A DNA stretch of 64,000 nucleotides from Histomonas meleagridis 2922-C6/04-290x (Eukaryota > Protista > Parabasalia). The notes beneath the pieces were generated by a model. That model did no database searches, was not told where the DNA came from, and worked only from the letters and a program-made list of their open reading frames with translations. The stretch lies in contig JAANOX010000156.1 of assembly GCA_020184695.1 (NCBI GenBank), forward strand, positions 1 to 64,000, given 5' to 3'. Shown piece after piece: positions 62,300 to 64,000 of the stretch (positions are counted from its first letter, which is position 1; each line of letters opens with the position of its first letter). Both the position numbers and the translations under genes were made by a program.

Positions 62300-62560
62300 A
62301 TCAATCAGCCACAGCTAAGCCAGAGGCTGCTTTAATCAAATCTGATTAAAGAAATATTAAGAAGTAGTTTTACTTACTGTTTAATTTCGTATAATACCTG
62401 GAAGCAATGTTTCTTCCAACTTTATTAGTCGATCTGTGTTTTGAAGCAGTCAGAATCCAATTTTGATTCGAAATCCCATTAATAAATGTCCCTTCTTTGC
62501 TTTTAGATTGGCCTCAATTGAATTACAGACTGGTAAATTCCTGTTTTGGAATCCTCTTGT
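62300..62560 (-). pseudogene. Possible UBR4/BIG-like fragment
   Basis: KGHLLMGFRIKIG pattern recalls the UBR4 beta-domain; heavily degraded. Confidence 0.2.
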
Positions 62561-62999
62561 ACACGGATACGAAAAATTACTCATAAATGAAATAACTGGT
62601 TAAGATTTTGACGATGAAATTTACCTCAAAAGGCAACAAAGTAACGTGTTTTCAACAATTTTTCAAATATAAATACCTCAAAACGTTATGCGGAAAATCC
62701 TTAGATATGAATTTTTGATTGATAAATATCATATTATAAAGTATTATTTTAAATTTATAAATAGATTTTCAAGGCCATTTTTTTTGTCCCATGTTCTGAT
62801 GTTACAACCAACTGGCCATATATATAAATTTACAAACTCCGATTTATATAGTTAACTATAAATGAAATTTACAGGGCGCCCCTTATAACAATTTATGGCA
62901 AATTATTGTCAAAATAAGTCAAATCGTTTTGCAGCTTGATCGGTTTTGACTGAAAAAATAAATTTCACTTATGATTTCATAATTTTTGCTTGTTGGTAC

Positions 63000-63681
63000 T
63001 CACCATCTGATGCATGGTGAACGAATAAAATATGGTGATGAAAAGAGAAGTTCTCTGCTTTGATTAGGTTCTGTTAATTTCCAGATAGTGATCGATTGTT
63101 CAGAAGATGCAAGAAGATATCCTCTCTCATCAGAAACTTGCAGTGGAACAAAGCTAAAATCTGTGATGTATGATAAATTTTTTTCGTCGTCATCAAACAT
63201 ATCATTAAAAGAAGATTTTTTGCTAGGAGAAGTAATAGTTGTGTATTTGGGAACAGAAACCGATACGTCCGGAGGTTTAAAGGCAACAGGACGAATTTCT
63301 TCTAAAGGATGAAATAATGTAAATAAAATTGGAAAATCCAAATACTGTGACATAGATGATTCAGGTGACCTAAGTAATAGAAGTGATTTGTGGAGTGGAA
63401 ATATTTTTGCAATTTGAAATGGAAGAGGAATTAAAAATTAAGCCGCTCTTGTGAAGCACGGCCAAGAATTGGTCATTACCAATCACACATAAGGTTGCAT
63501 CGATTGCTTCGTTTGAAACTGTTAAATGATGAAGAAGACAGCGATGCTTTGACCATATCAATTGATTACTGAACCATAATAACTCAAAACCATCACTGTT
63601 AACTTTGTAATGATGTTTTTGTGTTGGATCTGGTAATTTATTGATTCCAAATGGGGAATAAACCCCAACATTTCGAATCAT
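63000..63681 (-). pseudogene. APC1 (anaphase-promoting complex subunit 1) 5' fragment, frameshifted and truncated
   Basis: ELLWFSNQLIWSK, then after a frameshift in a T run near 63435 IPLPFQIAKIFPL...PILFTLFHPLEEIRP, matching the ANAPC1 N-terminus. Stops at 63000. Confidence 0.75.
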
Positions 63682-64000
63682 TACCAGTTAAGGATCGAAT
63701 TTTTAAACGGTCGCTGGTTTCGAAACATTGTTTTTAATGAAATATTTTTAAATATGTCAAAAAAAATTGTGAATTTTAAATTATGCCATAATGACCAAAC
63801 TGAATAACGTAAATTAACGGTCATTCTATGAATAAAAGATTCACAACGCATTTTATTTGATGGGTTTCTTGATTTTTTATTTTTAGAACTCAATCATAGA
63901 GGCCTTCTATGGGAGGTTGACATTTTTTTCCCAATTTATTTCTCATGTTTCATCAAACATTGAAGTAAAACTTTTTGATTGGAGGTTTTCGGTGTATCTT

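Noticed and set aside
62950-63003. GTGAGT...TTTTTTCAG as a 54-nt intron rescuing APC1
   Set aside because: No ACTAAC branch motif next to the 3' site, and the spliced frame stops about 10 codons later.

Overview
AT-rich, apparently intronless eukaryotic DNA in the standard genetic code. Parabasalid origin (Trichomonas/Tritrichomonas-like) is inferred from Inr- and AAAGTGAC-type promoter motifs, a bacterial-type glucokinase family gene and the transposon spectrum. Intact genes: a CHD6-9-like remodeler with a C-terminal FYR domain, a PCI protein, a coiled-coil protein, a RapGAP-like protein, a CAMK/AMPK-like kinase, a glucokinase-like protein, a small hypothetical protein, CysRS, an Ndc1-like nucleoporin, a pseudokinase-GTPase fusion and tRNA-Asn. 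Between them is a nested graveyard of DNA transposons (pogo, Tc1, mariner, hAT, MULE, Merlin, IS481-like, a possible Maverick capsid remnant) and broken host-gene copies (importin-beta, APC1, RBR and UBR E3 ligases). Best leads: (1) a 963-bp tyrosine-recombinase cassette bounded by 62-64-bp inverted repeats, next to a perfect 26-bp-stem hairpin with a 7-nt spacer, one of five recombinase remnants in the window; (2) a pseudokinase + GBP/atlastin-like GTPase + membrane hairpin + degenerate second GTPase fusion; (3) an intact glucokinase paralog lacking its ATP-binding and catalytic motifs. All protein calls come from motif recognition by eye; no searches were run. Pseudogene and TE boundaries without visible termini are approximate.
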